Assembly: GCA_964016885.1 (NCBI GenBank) | Contig: OZ024744.1 | Coordinates: 10,850,001 to 10,914,000, forward strand | Reading direction: 5' to 3' | Origin: Eledone cirrhosa | Lineage: Eukaryota | DNA: 64,000 bases | Shown: positions 1-15,000 of the stretch, piece by piece | Layout of the letters: the number at the start of each line of letters is the position of its first letter | How positions within the stretch are numbered: the stretch's first letter is position 1 | The notes under the pieces: model-generated | The model's input: the letters and a program-made list of their open reading frames with translations, nothing else | Databases searched by the model: none | What the model was told of the DNA's origin: nothing | Program-made: the position numbers and the translations under genes

Positions 1-3000
1 AATATGTTGTGTAGTCGTACTCCAATATGTTGTGTTGTTATACTCCAATATGTTATGTTGCTGTACTCCAATATGTCATGTTGTTGTACTCCAATATGTT
101 TTGATGTTGCACTCCAATATGTTGTGTTGTTGTACTCCAATATGTTGTGTAGTCGTACTCCAATATGTTGTGTTGTTGTACTCCAATATGCTGTGATGTT
201 GTACTCCAATATGATGTGCTGTTGTACTCCAATGCGTTGTGTTGTTGTACTCCAATATGCTGTGTTGTTATACTCCAATATGTTGTGTTGTTGTACTCCA
301 ATATGTTGTGTTGTTGTACTCCAATATGTTGTGTTGTTGTAATCCAATATCTTGTGTTGTTATACTCCAATATGTTGTGCTGTTGTACTCCAATATGTTG
401 AGTTGTTATACTCCAATATGTTGTGTTGTTGTACTCCAATATGTTGTGTTGTTGTACTCCAATATGTTGTGTTGTTGTACTCCAATATGTGATGTTGTTG
501 TACTCCAATATGTCGTGATGTTGTACTCCAATATGTTGTGTTGTTATACTCCACTATTTCATGTTGTTGTACTCCAATATGTCTTGTTGTTGTACTCCAA
601 TATGTTTTGATGTTGTACTCCAATATGTTGTGTTGTTGTACTCCAATATATCATGTTGTCGTACTCCAATATGTCATGTTATACTCCAATATGTCGTTGT
701 TATACTCCAATATGTCATGTTGTTGTACTCCAATATGTTGTGTTGTTGTACTCCGATATGTTGTGTTGGAATATACTCCAATATGTAGTGTTGTTGTAAT
801 CCAATATGTTGTGTTGTTGTACTCCAATATATAGTGATGTTGTACTCCAATATGTTGTGTTGTTATACTCCACTATTTCGTGTTGTTTTACTCCAATATG
901 TCATGTTGTTGTTCTCCAATATTTCGTGTTGTTGTACTCCAATATGTCATGGTGTTGTACTTCAATATGTCCTATTGTTGTACTCCAATATGTTGTGTTG
1001 TTGTTCTCCAATATGTCGTGTTGTTATACTCCAATATGTTATGATGTTGTATTGCAATATATTGTGTTGTTGTACTCCAATATGTCTTGTTATAGTCCAA
1101 TATGTCGTGTTGTTGTACTCCAATATGTCATGTTGTTGTACTCCAATATTTCGTGTTGTTGTACACCAATATGTCGTGTTGATTATACTACAATTTTTGT
1201 TGCTGTTGTACTCCAATATGTTGTGTTGTTGTACTCTAATATGTTGTGTTGTTATTCTCCAATATGTTGTGCTGTTGTACTCCAATATGTTGTATTGTTG
1301 TTCTCCAATATGTCATGTTATACTCCAATAAGTTGTGTTCTTGTACTCCAATATGTTGTGTTGTTGTACTCCAATATGCTGTGTTGTTGTACTCCAATAT
1401 GTTGTGTTGTTGTACTCCAATATATCATGTTGTCGTACTCCAATATGTCATGTTATACTCCAATATGTCGTTGTTATACTCCAATATGTCATGATGTTGT
1501 ACTCCAATATGTCGTGTTCTTGTACTCCAATATGTCGTGTTGTCGTACTCCAATATGTTGTGTTGTTGTGCTCCAATATGTTGTGCTGTTGTACTCCAAT
1601 ATGTTGTGTTGTTGTACTTCAATATGTTGTGTTGTTATACTCCAATATGTTGTGCTGTTGTACTCCAATATGTCGTGTTGTTGTACTCCAATACGTCGTG
1701 TTGTACTCCAATATGTTGTGTTGTTATACTCCAATATGTTATGTTGTTGTACTCCAATATGTCTTGTTGTTGTACTCCAATATGTTTTGATGTTGTACTC
1801 TAATATGTTGTGTTGTTGTACTCCAATATGATGTGATGTTGTACTCAAATGCGTTGTGTTGTTGTACTCCAATGTGATGTGTTGTTGTACTCCAATATGT
1901 TGTGTTGTTATACTCCAATGTGTTGTGTTGTTATACTCCAATATGTTGTGTTGTTGTACTCCAATGTGATATGTTGTTGTACTCCAATATGTTGTGCTGT
2001 TGTACTCCAATATTTTTTTGTTTTTTGTACTCCAATATGTTGTGTTGTTATACTCCAATATGTTGTGTTGTTATACTCCAATATGTTGTGCTGTTGTACT
2101 CCAAATCCCGTGTTGTTATACTCCAATATGGTGTGTTCGTGTACTCCAATATGTTGTGTTATTGTACTCCAATATGTTGCGTTGTTGTACTCCAATATGT
2201 TGTGTTGTTATACTCCAATATGTCGTGTGGCTGTACTCCAATATTTCGTGTTGTTGTACCCCAATATGTAGTGTTGTTTATACTCCAATATGTTTTGCTG
2301 TTGTACTCCAATATGTTGTGTTGCTGTACTCCTATATGTTGCGTTGTTATTCTCCAATATGTTGTGCTGTTGTACTCCAATGTGTTGTGTTGTTATACTC
2401 CAATATGTTGTGTTGATTTACTCCAATATGTTGTGTTGTTGTACTCCAATCTGTTGTGTTGTTATACTCCAATGTGTTGTGTTGTTATACTCCAATATGT
2501 TGTGTTGTTGTAGCCCAATATGTTGTGTTGTTGTACTCCAATACGTTGTGTTGTCGTACTCCAATATGTCCTGTTGTTGTACTCCAATATGTTGTGTTGT
2601 TATACTCCAATATTTCGTGTGGTTGTACTCCAATATGTTGTCTTGCTGTACTCCAATCTGTTGTATTGTTGTACTCCAATATGTTGTGTTGTTGTAGCCC
2701 AATATGTTGTGTTGTTGTACTCCAATGTGTTGTGTTGTCATACTCCAATATGTTGTGTTGTGATACTCCAATGTGTTGTGTTGTTGTACTCCAATATGTT
2801 GTGTTGTTGTACTCCAATATGTTGTGTTGTTATACTCCAATGTGGTGTGCTGTTGTAATCCAATAGGTTGTGTTGTACTCCAATATGTTGTGTTGTTATA
2901 CTCCAATATGTAGTGTTGTTATACTCCAATATGTTATGATGTTGTACTGCAATATATTGTGTTGTTGTACTCCAATATGTCTTGTTATAGTCCAATATGC

Positions 3001-6000
3001 CGTGTTGTTGTACTCCAATATGTCATGCTGTTGTACTCCAATATTTCGTGTTGTTGTATACCAATATGTCGTGTTGATTATACTACAATTTTTGTTGCTG
3101 TTGTACTCCAATATGTTGTGTTGTTGTACTCTAATATGTTGTGTTGTTATTCTCCAATATGTTGTGCTGTTGTACTCCAATGTGTTATGTTGTTATACTC
3201 CAATATGTTGTGCTGTGATACTCCAATATGTTGTGTTGTTGTACTCCAATCTGTTGTGTTGTTATACTCCAATATGTTGTGTTGTTATACTCCAATATGT
3301 TGTGTTGTTTTACTCCAATATGTTGTGTTGTTGTACTCCAATATGTTGTGTTGTAGTACTCCAATATGTTGTGTTGTTGTAATCCAATATCTTGTGTTGT
3401 TATACTCCAATATGTTGTGTTATTGTACTCCAATATGTTGTGTTGTTGTTCTCCAATATGTTGTGTTGTTATACTCCAATATGTTGTGTTATGATACTCC
3501 AATATGTTGTGCTGTTGTACTCCAATATGTTGTGTTGTCGTACTCCAATATGTGATGTTGTACTCCAGTATGTCCTGTTGTTATACTCCAATATGTTGTG
3601 TTGTTATACTCCAATATGTCATGGTGTTGTACTTCAATATGTCGTGTTGTTGTACTCCAATATGTTGTGTTGTTGTACTCCAATACGCGATGTTGTTGTA
3701 CTCCAATATGTTGTGTTGTTGTACTCCAATATATTGTGTTGTTATACTCCAATATGTTGTGTTGTTATACTCCAATATGTTGTGTTTTTGTACTACAACA
3801 TGTTGTGCTATTGTACTCCAATATGATGTGTTGTTGTACTCCAATATGATGTGCTGTTGTACTCCAATGTGTTGTGTTGTTGTACTCCAATATGTTGTGC
3901 CATTGTACTCCAATATTTTTTGTTTTTGTACTCCAATATGTTGTGTTTTTATACTCCAATATGTTGTGTTGGTGTACTCCAATATGGTGTGCCGTTGTAC
4001 TCCAAATCTCGTGTTGTTATACTCCAATGTGTTGTGTTGTTATACTCCAATATGGTGTGTTGTTGTACTCCAATATGTTGTATTGTTTTTCTCCAATATG
4101 TCATGTTATACTCCAATATGTTGTGTTCGTGTACTCCAATATGTTGTGTTATTGTACTCCAATATGTTGCGTTGTTGTACTCCAATATGTTGTGTTGTTA
4201 TACTCCAATATGTTGTGTTGTTGTACTCCAATATGTTGTTTTGTTGTACTCCAATATGTCATGTTGTTGTACTCCAGTATGTCTTGTTATACTCCAATAT
4301 GTCGTGTTGCTGTACTCCAATATGTCATGCTGTTGTACTCCAATATGTTTTGCTGTTGTACTCCACTGTGTTGTGTTGTTGAACTCCAATATGTTGTGTT
4401 GTTGTTCTCCAATATTTTGTGATGTTGTACTCCAATGTGTTTTGTTGTTATACTCCAATATGTTGTGTTGTTATACTCCAATATGTTGTGTTGTTATACT
4501 CCAATATGTTGTGTTGTTGTACTCCAATATGTTGTGTTGTGATACTCCAATATGTTGTGCTGTTGTACTCCAATATGTTGAGTTGTTATACTCCAATATG
4601 TAGTGTTGTTATACTTCAATATGTTGTGTTGTTGTACTCCAATATGTTGTGTTATTGTACTCCAATATGTTGCGTTGTTGTACTCCAATATGTTGTGTTG
4701 TTATACTCCAATATGTCGTGTGGCTGTACTCCAATATTTCGTGTTGTTGTACCCCAATATGTAGTGTTGTTTATACTCCAATATGTTTTGCTGTTGTACT
4801 CCAATATGTTGTGTTGCTGTACTCCTATATGTTGCGTTGTTATTCTCCAATATGTTGTGCTGTTGTACTCCAATGTGTTGTGTTGTTATACTCCAATATG
4901 TTGTGTTGATTTACTCCAATATGTTGTGTTGTTGTACTCCAATATGTTCTGTTGTTGTACTCCAATATATTGTATTGTTTTACTCCAATATGTTGTGTTG
5001 TTGTACTCCAATATGCTGTGTTGTTGTACTCCAATATGTTGTGTTGTTGTACTCCAATATGTTGTGTTGTTGTACTCCAATATCTTATGTTGTTGTACTC
5101 CAATATGTTGTGTTGTTGTACTCCAATATGTTGTGTTGTGGTACTCCAATATGTTGTGCTGTTGTACTCCAATATGATGTGATGTTGTACTCCAATATGT
5201 TGTGTTGTTGTACTCCAATGTGTTGTGTTGTGGTACTCCAATATGTTGTGCTGTTGTACTCCAATATGATGTGATGTTGTACTCCAATATGTTGTGCCGT
5301 TGTACTCCAATATTTTTTTTTGTTTTTGTACTCCAATGTGTTGTGTTGTTATACTCCAATATGGTGTGTTGTTGATCTCCAATATGTTGTATTGTTTTTC
5401 TCCAATATGTCATGTTATACTCCAATATGTTGTGTTCGTGTACTCCAATATGTTGTGTTATTGTACTCCAATATGTTGCGTTGTTGTACTCCAGTATGTT
5501 GTGTTGTTATACTCCAATACGTTGTGTTGTTGTACTCCAATATGTCATGTTGTTGTACTCCAGTATGTCTTGTTATACTCCAATATGTCGTGTTGCTGTA
5601 CTCCAATATGTCATGCTGTTGTACTCCAATATTTCGTGTCGTTGTACTCCAATATGTCGTGCTTTTTTACTCCAATATGTTTTGCTGTTGTACTCCACTG
5701 TGTTGTGTTGTTGAACTCCAATATGTTGTGTTGTTGTTCTCCAATATTTTGTGATGTTGTACTCCAATGTGTTGTGTTGTTATACTCCAATATGTTGTGT
5801 TGTGATACTCCAATGTGTTGTGTTGTTGTACTCCAATATGTTGTGTTGTTGTACTCCAATATGTTGTGTTGTTATACTCCAATGTGGTGTGCTGTTGTAA
5901 TCCAATATGTTGTGTTGTACTCCAATATGTTGTGTTGTTATACTCCAATATGTAGTGTTGTTATACTCCAATATGTTATGATGTTGTACTGCAATATATT

Positions 6001-9000
6001 GTGTTGTTGTACTCCAATATATCTTGTTATAGTCCAATATGTCGTGTTGTTGTACTCCAATATGTCATGCTGTTGTACTCCAATATTTCGTGTTGTTGTA
6101 CCCCAATATGTCGTGTTGATTATACTACAATTTTTGTTGCTGTTGTACTCCAATATGTTGTGTTGTTGTACTCTAATATGTTGTGTTGTTATTCTCCAAT
6201 ATGTTGTGCTGTTGTACTCCAATGTGTTATGTTGTTATACTCCAATATGTTGTGCTGTGATACTCCAATATGTTGTGTTGTTGTACTCCAATCTGTTGTG
6301 TTGTTATACTCCAATATGTTGTGTTGTTATACTCCAATATGTTGTGTTGTTTTACTCCAATATGTTGTGTTGTTGTACTCCAATATGTTGTGTTGTAGTA
6401 CTCCAATATGTTGTGTTGTTGTAATCCAATATCTTGTGTTGTTATACTCCAATATGTTGTGTTGTTGTACTCCAATATGTTGTGTTGTTGTTCTCCAATA
6501 TGTTGTGTTGTTATACTCCAATATGTTGTGTTATGATACTCCAATATGTTGTGCTGTTGTACTCCAATATGTTGTGTTGTCGTACTCCAATATGTGATGT
6601 TGTACTCCAATATGTCCTGTTGTTATACTCCAATATGTTGTGTTGTTATACTCCAATATGTCATGGTGTTGTACTTCAATATGTCGTGTTGTTGTACTCC
6701 AATATGTTGTGTTGTTGTACTCCAATACGCGATGTTGTTGTACTCCAATATGTTGTGTTGTTGTACTCCAATATATTGTGTTGTTATACTCCAATATGTT
6801 GTGTTGTTATACGCCAATATGTTGTGTTTTTGTACTCCAACATGTTGTGCTGTTGTACTCCAATATGATGTGTTGTTGTACTCCAATATGATGTGCTGTT
6901 GTACTCCAATGTGTTGTGCCGTTGTACTCCAATATTTTTTGTTTTTGTACTCCAATATGTTGTGTTTTTATACTCCAATATGTTGTGTTGGTGTACTCCA
7001 ACATGGTGTGCTGTTATACTCCAATGTGTTGTGTTGTTATACTCCAATGTGTTGTGTTGTTATACTCCAATATGGTGTGTTATTGTACTCCAATATGTTG
7101 TATTGTTTTTCCCCAATATGTCATGTTATACTCCAATATGTTGTGTTCGTGTACTCCAATATGTTGTGTTATTGTACTCCAATATGTTGCGTTGTTGTAC
7201 TCCAATATGTTGTGTTGTTATACTCCAATATGTTGTGTTGTTTTACTCCAATATGTTGTTTTGTTGTACTCCAATATGTCATGTTGTTGTACTCCAGTAT
7301 GTCTTGTTATACTCCAATATGTCGTGTTGCTGTACTCCAATATGTCATGCTGTTGTACTCCAATATGTTTTGCTGTTGTACTCCACTGTGTTGTGTTGTT
7401 GAACTCCAATATGTTGTGTTGTTGTTCTCCAATATTTTGTGATGTTGTACTCCAATGTGTTGTGTTGTTATACTCCAATATGTTGTGTTGTTATACTCCA
7501 ATATGTTGTGTTGTTATACTCCAATATGTTGTGTTGTTGTACTCCAATATGTTGTGTTGTGATACTCCAATATGTTGTGCTGTTGTACTCCAATATGTTG
7601 AGTTGTTATACTCCAATATGTAGTGTTGTTATACTTCAATATGTTGTGTTGTTGTACTCCAATATGTTGTGTTGTTGTACTCCAATATGTGATGTTGTTG
7701 TACTCCAATATGTCGCGTCGTTATACTCCAATATGTTGTGTTGTTATACTCCAATATTTCGTGTTGTTTTACTCCAATATGTCATGTTGTTGTACTCCAG
7801 TATGTCTTGTTATACTCCAATATGTCGCGTTGCTGTACTCCAATATGTCATGCTGTTGTACTCCAATATGTTTTGCTGTTGTACTCCACTGTGTTGTGTT
7901 GTTGAACTCCAATATGATGTGTTGTTGTTCTCCAATATTTTGTGCTGTTGTACTCCAATTTGTGTTGTTGTACTCCAATATGTTGTGTTGTTGTACTTCA
8001 ATATGTTGTGTTGTTGTACTCCAATATGTTGCGTTGTTATACTCCAATATGTTGTGCTGTTGTACTCCAATATTTCGTGTTGTTGTACTCCAATACGGCG
8101 TGTTGTTGTACTCCAATATGTTTTGATGTTGTACTCCAATATGTTGTGTTGTTGTACTCCAATATGTTTTGATGTTGTACTCCAATATGTTGTGTTTTTT
8201 GTACTCCAATATGTTGTGTAGTCGTACTCCAATATGTTGTGTTGTTGTACTCCAATATGATGTGATGTTGTACTCCAATATGATGTGATGTTGTACTCCA
8301 ATGCGTTGTGTTGTTGTACTCCAATGTGATGTGTTGTTGTACTCCAATATGTTGTGCCGTTGTACTCCAATATTTTTTTATTTTTGTACTCCAATATGTT
8401 GTGTTGTTATACTCCAATATGTTGTGTTGTTATACTCCAATATGTTGTGCTGTTGTACTCCAAATCTCGTGTTGTTTTACTCCAATGTGTTGTGTTGTTA
8501 TAATCCAATATGGTGTGTTGTTGTACTCCAATATGTTGTATTGTTTTTTTCCAATATGTCATGTTATACTCCAATATGTTGTGTTCGTGTACTCCAATAT
8601 GTTGTGTTATTGTACTCCAATATGTTGCGTTGTTGTACTCCAATATGTTGTGTTGTTATACTCCAATATGTTGTGTTGTTGTACTCCAATATGTTGTCTT
8701 GTTGTACTCCAAAAGGCCATGTTATCGTACTCCAATATGTCTTGTTATACTCCAATATGTCGTGTGGCTGTACTCCAATATGTCATGTTGTTGTACTCCA
8801 ATATGTCTTGTTATAGTCCAATATGTCGTGTTGTTGTACTCCAATATGTCATGTAGTTGTATTCCAATATTTCGTGTTGTTGTACCCCAATATGTCGTGT
8901 TGTTTATACTCCAATATGTTTTGCTGTTGTACTCCAATATGTTGTGTTGCTGTACTCCAATATGTTGTGTTGTTATTCTCCAATATGTTGTGCTGTTGTA

Positions 9001-12000
9001 CTCCAATGTGTTATGTTTTTATACTCCAATATGTTGTGCTGTGCTACTCCAATATATTGTGTTGTTGTACTCCAATGTGTTGTGTTGTTATACTCCAATA
9101 TGTTGTGTTGATTTACTCCAATATGTTGTGTTGTTGTACTCCAATCTGTTGTGTTGTTATACTCCAATATGTTGTGTTGTTATACTCCAATATGTTGTGT
9201 TGTTTTACTCCAATATGTTGTGTTGTTGTACTCCAATATGTTGTGTTGTTGTACTCCAATATGTTGTGTTGTTGTACTCCAATATGTTGTGTTGTTGTAA
9301 TCCAATATCTTGTGTTGTTATACTCCAATATGTTGTGTTGTTGTACTCCAATATGTTGTGTTGTTATACTCCAATATGTTGTGTTGTGATACTCCAATAT
9401 GTTGTGCTGTTGTACTCCAATATGTTGTGTTGTTATACTCCAATATGTTGTGTTGTTGTACTCCAATATGTTGTGTTGTTATACTCCAATATGTTGTGTT
9501 GTTTTACTCCAATATTTTGTGTTGTTGTACTCCAATATGTTGTATTGTTGTTCTCCAATATGTCATGTTATACTCCAATAAGTTGTGTTCTTGTACTCCA
9601 ATATGTTGTGTTGTACTCCAATATATCATGTTGTCGTACTCCAATATGTCATGTTATACTCCAATATGTCGTTGTTATACTCAAATATGTCATGTTGTTG
9701 TACTTCAATATGTCGTATTGTTGTACTCCAATATGTTTTGATGTTGTACTCCAATATGTTGTGTTGTTGTATTCCAATATGTTGTGTAGTCGTACTCCAA
9801 TATGTTGTATTGTTATACTCCAATATGTTGTGCTGTTGTACTCCAATATGTTCTGTTGTTGAACTCCAATATATTGTGTTGTTCTACTCCAATATGTCGT
9901 GTTGTTGTACTCCAATATGTCGTGTTGTTGTACTCCAATATGTTGTGTTGTTGTACTCCAATATGTTGTGTTGTTGTACTCCAATATGTTGTGTTGTTAT
10001 ACTCCAATAAGTTATGTTGTTGTACTCCAATATGTCATGTTGTACTCCAATATGTTTTGATGTTGTACTCCAATATATTGTGTTGTTGTACTCCAATATG
10101 TTTTGATGTTGTACTCCAATATGTTGTGTTGTTGTACTCCAATATGTTGTGTAGTCGTACTCCAATATGTTGTGTTGTTGTACTCCAATATGCTGTGATG
10201 TTGTACTCCAATATGATGTGCTGTTGTACTCCAATGCGTTGTGTTGTTGTACTCCAATATGCTGTGTTGTTATACTCCAATATGTTGTGTTGTTGTACTC
10301 CAATATGTTGTGTTGTTGTACTCCAATATGTTGTGTTGTTGTAATCCAATATCTTGTGTTGTTATACTCCAATATGTTGTGCTGTTGTACTCCAATATGT
10401 TGAGTTGTTATACTCCAATATGTTGTGTTGTTGTACTCCAATATGTTGTGTTGTTGTACTCCAATATGTTATGTTGTTGTACTCCAATATGTCGTGATAT
10501 TGTACTCCAATATGTTGTGTTGTTATACTCAACTATTTCGTGTTGTTTTACTCCAATATGTCATGTTGTTGTACTCCAATATGTCTTGTTGTTGTACTCC
10601 AATATTGTTTGATGTTGTACTCCAATATGGTGTGTTGTTGTACTCCAATATGTCATGTTATACTCCAATAAGTTGTGTTCTTGTACTCCAATATGTTTTG
10701 TTGTTGTACTCCAATATGTTGTGTTGTTGTACTCCAATATATCATGTTGTCGTACTCCAATATGTCATGTTATACTCCAATATGTCGTTGTTATACTCCA
10801 ATATGTCATGTTGTTGTACTCCAATATGTTGTGTTGTTGTACTCCGATATGTTGTGTTGGAATATACTCCAATATGTAGTGTTGTTGTAATCCAATATGT
10901 TGTGTTGTTGTACTCCAATATATAGTGATGTTGTACTCCAATATGTTGTGTTGTTATACTCCACTATTTCGTGTTGTTTTACTCCAATATGTCATGTTGT
11001 TGTTCTCCAATATTTCGTGTTGTTGTACTCCAATATGTCATGGTGTTGTACTTCAATATGTCGTATTGTTGTACTCCAATATGTTGTGTTGTTGTTCTCC
11101 AATATGTCGTGTTGTTATACTCCAATATGTTATGATGTTGTACTGCAATATATTGTGTTGTTGTACTCCAATATGTCTTGTTATAGTCCAATATGTCGTG
11201 TTGTTGTACTCCAATATGTCATGTTGTTGTACTCCAATATTTCGTGTTGTTGTACCCCAATATGTCGTGTTGATTATACTACAATTTTTGTTGCTGTTGT
11301 ACTCCAATATGTTGTGTTGTTGTACTCTAATATGTTGTGTTGTTATTCTCCAATATGTTGTGCTGTTGTACTCCAATATGTTGTATTGTTGTTCTCCAAT
11401 ATGTCATGTTATACTCCAATAAGTTGTGTTCTTGTACTCCAATATGTTGTGTTGTTGTACTCCAATATGTTGTGTTGTTGTACTCCAATATATCATGTTG
11501 TCGTACTCCAATATGTCATGTTATACTCCAATATGTCGTTGTTATACTCCAATATGTCATGATGTTGTACTCCAATATGTCGTGTTCTTGTACTCCAATA
11601 TGTCGTGTTGTCGTACTCCAATATGTTGTGTTGTTGTACTCCAATATGTTGTGATGTTGTACTCCAATATGTTGTGTTGTTGTACTCCAATATGTTGTGT
11701 TGTTATACTCCAATATGTTGTGCCGTTGTACTCCAATATTTCGTGTTGTTGTACTCCAATACGTCGTGTTGTACTCCAATATGTTATGTTGTTATACTCC
11801 AATATGTTATGTTGTTGTACTCCAATATGTCTTGTTGTTATACTCCAATATGTTTTGATGTTGTACTCCAATATGTTGTGTTGTTGTACTCCAATATGAT
11901 GTGATGTTGTACTCCAATGCGTTGTGTTGTTGTACTCCAATGTGATATGCTGTTGTACTCCAATATTTTTTGTTTTTTGTACTCCAATATGTTGTGTTGT

Positions 12001-15000
12001 TATACTCCAATATGTTGTGCTGTTGTACTCCAAATCTCGTGTTGTTATACTCCAATATGGTGTGTTCGTGTACTCCAATATGTTATGTTATTGTACTCCA
12101 ATATGTTGCGTTGTTGTACTCCAATATGTTGTGTTGTTATACTCCAATATGTCGTGTGGCTGTACTCCAATATTTCGTGTTGTTGTACCCCAATATGTAG
12201 TGTTGTTTATACTCCAATATGTTTTGCTGTTGTACTCCAATATGTTGTGTTGCTGTACTCCTATATGTTGCGTTGTTATTCTCCAATATGTTGTGCTGTT
12301 GTACTCCAATGTGTTGTGTTGTTATACTCCAATATGTTGTGTTGATTTACTCCAATATGTTGTGTTGCTGTACTCCAATATGTTGTCTTGCTGTACTCCA
12401 ATCTGTTGTATTGTTGTACTCCAATATGTTCTGTTGTTGTACTCCAATATATTGTATTGTTGTACTCCAATATGTTGTGTTGGTGTACTCCAATATGGTG
12501 TGCTGTTGTACTCCAAATCTCGTGTTGTTATACTCCAATGTGTTGTGTTGTTATACTCCAATATGGTGTGTTGTTGTACTCCAATATGTTGTATTGTTTT
12601 TCTCCAATATGTCATGTTATACTCCAATATGTTGTGTTCGTGTACTCCAATATGTTGTGTTATTGTACTCCAATATGTTGCGTTGTTGTACTCCAATATG
12701 TTGTGTTGTTATACTCCAATATGTTGTATTGTTGTACTCCAATATGTTGTTTTGTTGTACTCCAATATGTCATGTTGTTGTATTCCAGTATGCCTTGTTA
12801 TACTCCAATATGTCGTGTTGCTGTACTCCAATATGTCATGCTGTTGTACTCCAATATGTTTTGCTGTTGTACTCCACTGTGTTGTGTTGTTGAACTCCAA
12901 TATGTTGTGTTGTTGTTCTCCAATATTTTGTGATGTTGTACTCCAATGTGTTGTGTTGTTATACTCCAATATGTTGTGTTGTTATACTCCAATATGTTGT
13001 GTTGTTATACTCCAATATGTTGTGTTGTTGTACTCCAATATGTTGTGTTGTGATACCCCAATATGTTGTGTTGTGATACTCCAATATGTTGTGCTGTTGT
13101 ACTCCAATATGTTGAGTTGTTATACTCCAGTATGTAGTGTTGTTATACTTCAATATGTTGTGTTGTTGTACTCCAATATGTTGTGTTGTTGTACTCCAAT
13201 ATGTTGTGTTGTTGTACTCCAATATGTTGTGTTGTTGTACTCCAATATGTTGTGTTGTTGTACTCCAATATGTTGTGTTGTTGTACTCCAATATGTTGTG
13301 TTGTTGTACTCCAATATGTGATGTTGTTGTACTCCAATATGTCGCGTTGTTGTACTCCAATATGTTGTGTTGTTATACTCCAATATTTCGTGTTGTTTTA
13401 CTCCAATATGTCATGTTGTTGTACTCCAGTATGTCTTGTTATACTCCAATATGTCGTGTTGCTGTACTCCAATATGTCATGCTGTTGTACTCCAATATGT
13501 TTTGCTGTTGTACTCCACTGTGTTGTGTTGTTGAACTCCAATATGTTGTGTTGTTGTTCTCCAATATTTTGTGCTGTTGTACTCCAATTTGTGTTGCTGT
13601 ACTCCAATATGTTGTGTTGTTGTACTCCAACATGTTGTGCTGTTGTACTCCAATATTTCGTGTTGTTGTACTCCAATACGTCGTGTTGTTGTACTCCAAT
13701 ATGTTTTGATGTTGTACTCCAATATGCTGTGTTGTTGTACTCCAATATGTTTTGGTGTTGTACTCCAATATGTTGTGTTGTTGTACTCCAATATGTTGTG
13801 TAGTCGTACTCCAATATGTTATGTTGTTGTACTCCAATATGCTGTGATGTTGTACTCCAATATGATGTGATGTTGTACTCCAATGCGTTGTGTTGTTGTA
13901 CTCCAATGTGATGTGTTGTTGTACTCCAATATGGTGTGTTGTTGTACTCCAATATGTTGTATTGTTTTTTTTCCAATATGTCATGTTATACTCCAATATG
14001 TTGTGTTCGTGTACTCCAATATGTTGTGTTATTGTACTCCAATACGTTGCGTTGTTGTACTCCAATATGTTGTGTTGTTATACTCCAATATGTTGTGTTG
14101 TTGTACTCCAATATGTTGTCTTGTTGTACTCCAAAAGGTCATGTTATCGTACTCCAATATGTCTTGTTATACTCCAATATGACGTGTGGCTGTACTCCAA
14201 TATGTCATGTTGTTGTACTCCAATATGTCTTGTTATAGTCCAATATGTCGTGTTGTTGTACTCCAATATGTCATGTAGTTGTATTCCAATATTTCGTGTT
14301 GTTGTACCCCAATATGTCGTGTTGTTTATACTCCAATATGTTTTGCTGTTGTACTCCAATATGTTGTGTTGCTGTACTCCAATATGTTGTGTTGTTATTC
14401 TCCAATATGTTGTGCTGTTGTACTCCAATGTGTTATGTTGTTATACTCCAATATGTTGTGCTGTGCTACTCCAATATATTGTGTTGTTGTACTCCAATGT
14501 GTTGTGTTGTTATACTCCAATATGTTGTGTTGATTTACTCCAATATGTTGTGTTGTTGTACTCCAATCTGTTGTGTTGTTATACTCCAATATGTTGTGTT
14601 GTTATACTCCAATATGTTGTGTTGTTTTCCTCCAATATGTTGTGTTGTTGTACTCCAATATGTTGTGTTGTTGTACTCCAATATGTTGTGTTGTTGTAAT
14701 CCAATATCTTGTGTTGTTATACTCCAATATGTTGTGTTGTTGTACTCCAATATGTTGTGTTGTTATACTCCAATATGTTGTGTTGTGATACTCCAATATG
14801 TTGTGCTGTTGTACTCCCATATGTTGTGTTGTTATACTCCAATATGTTGTGTTGTTTTACTCCAATATGTTGTGTTGTTGTACTCCAATATGTTGTATTG
14901 TTGTTCTCCAATATGTCATGTTATACTCCAATAAGTTGTGTTCTTTTACTCCAATATGTTGTGTTGTTGTACTCTAATATATCATGTTGTCGTACTTCAA

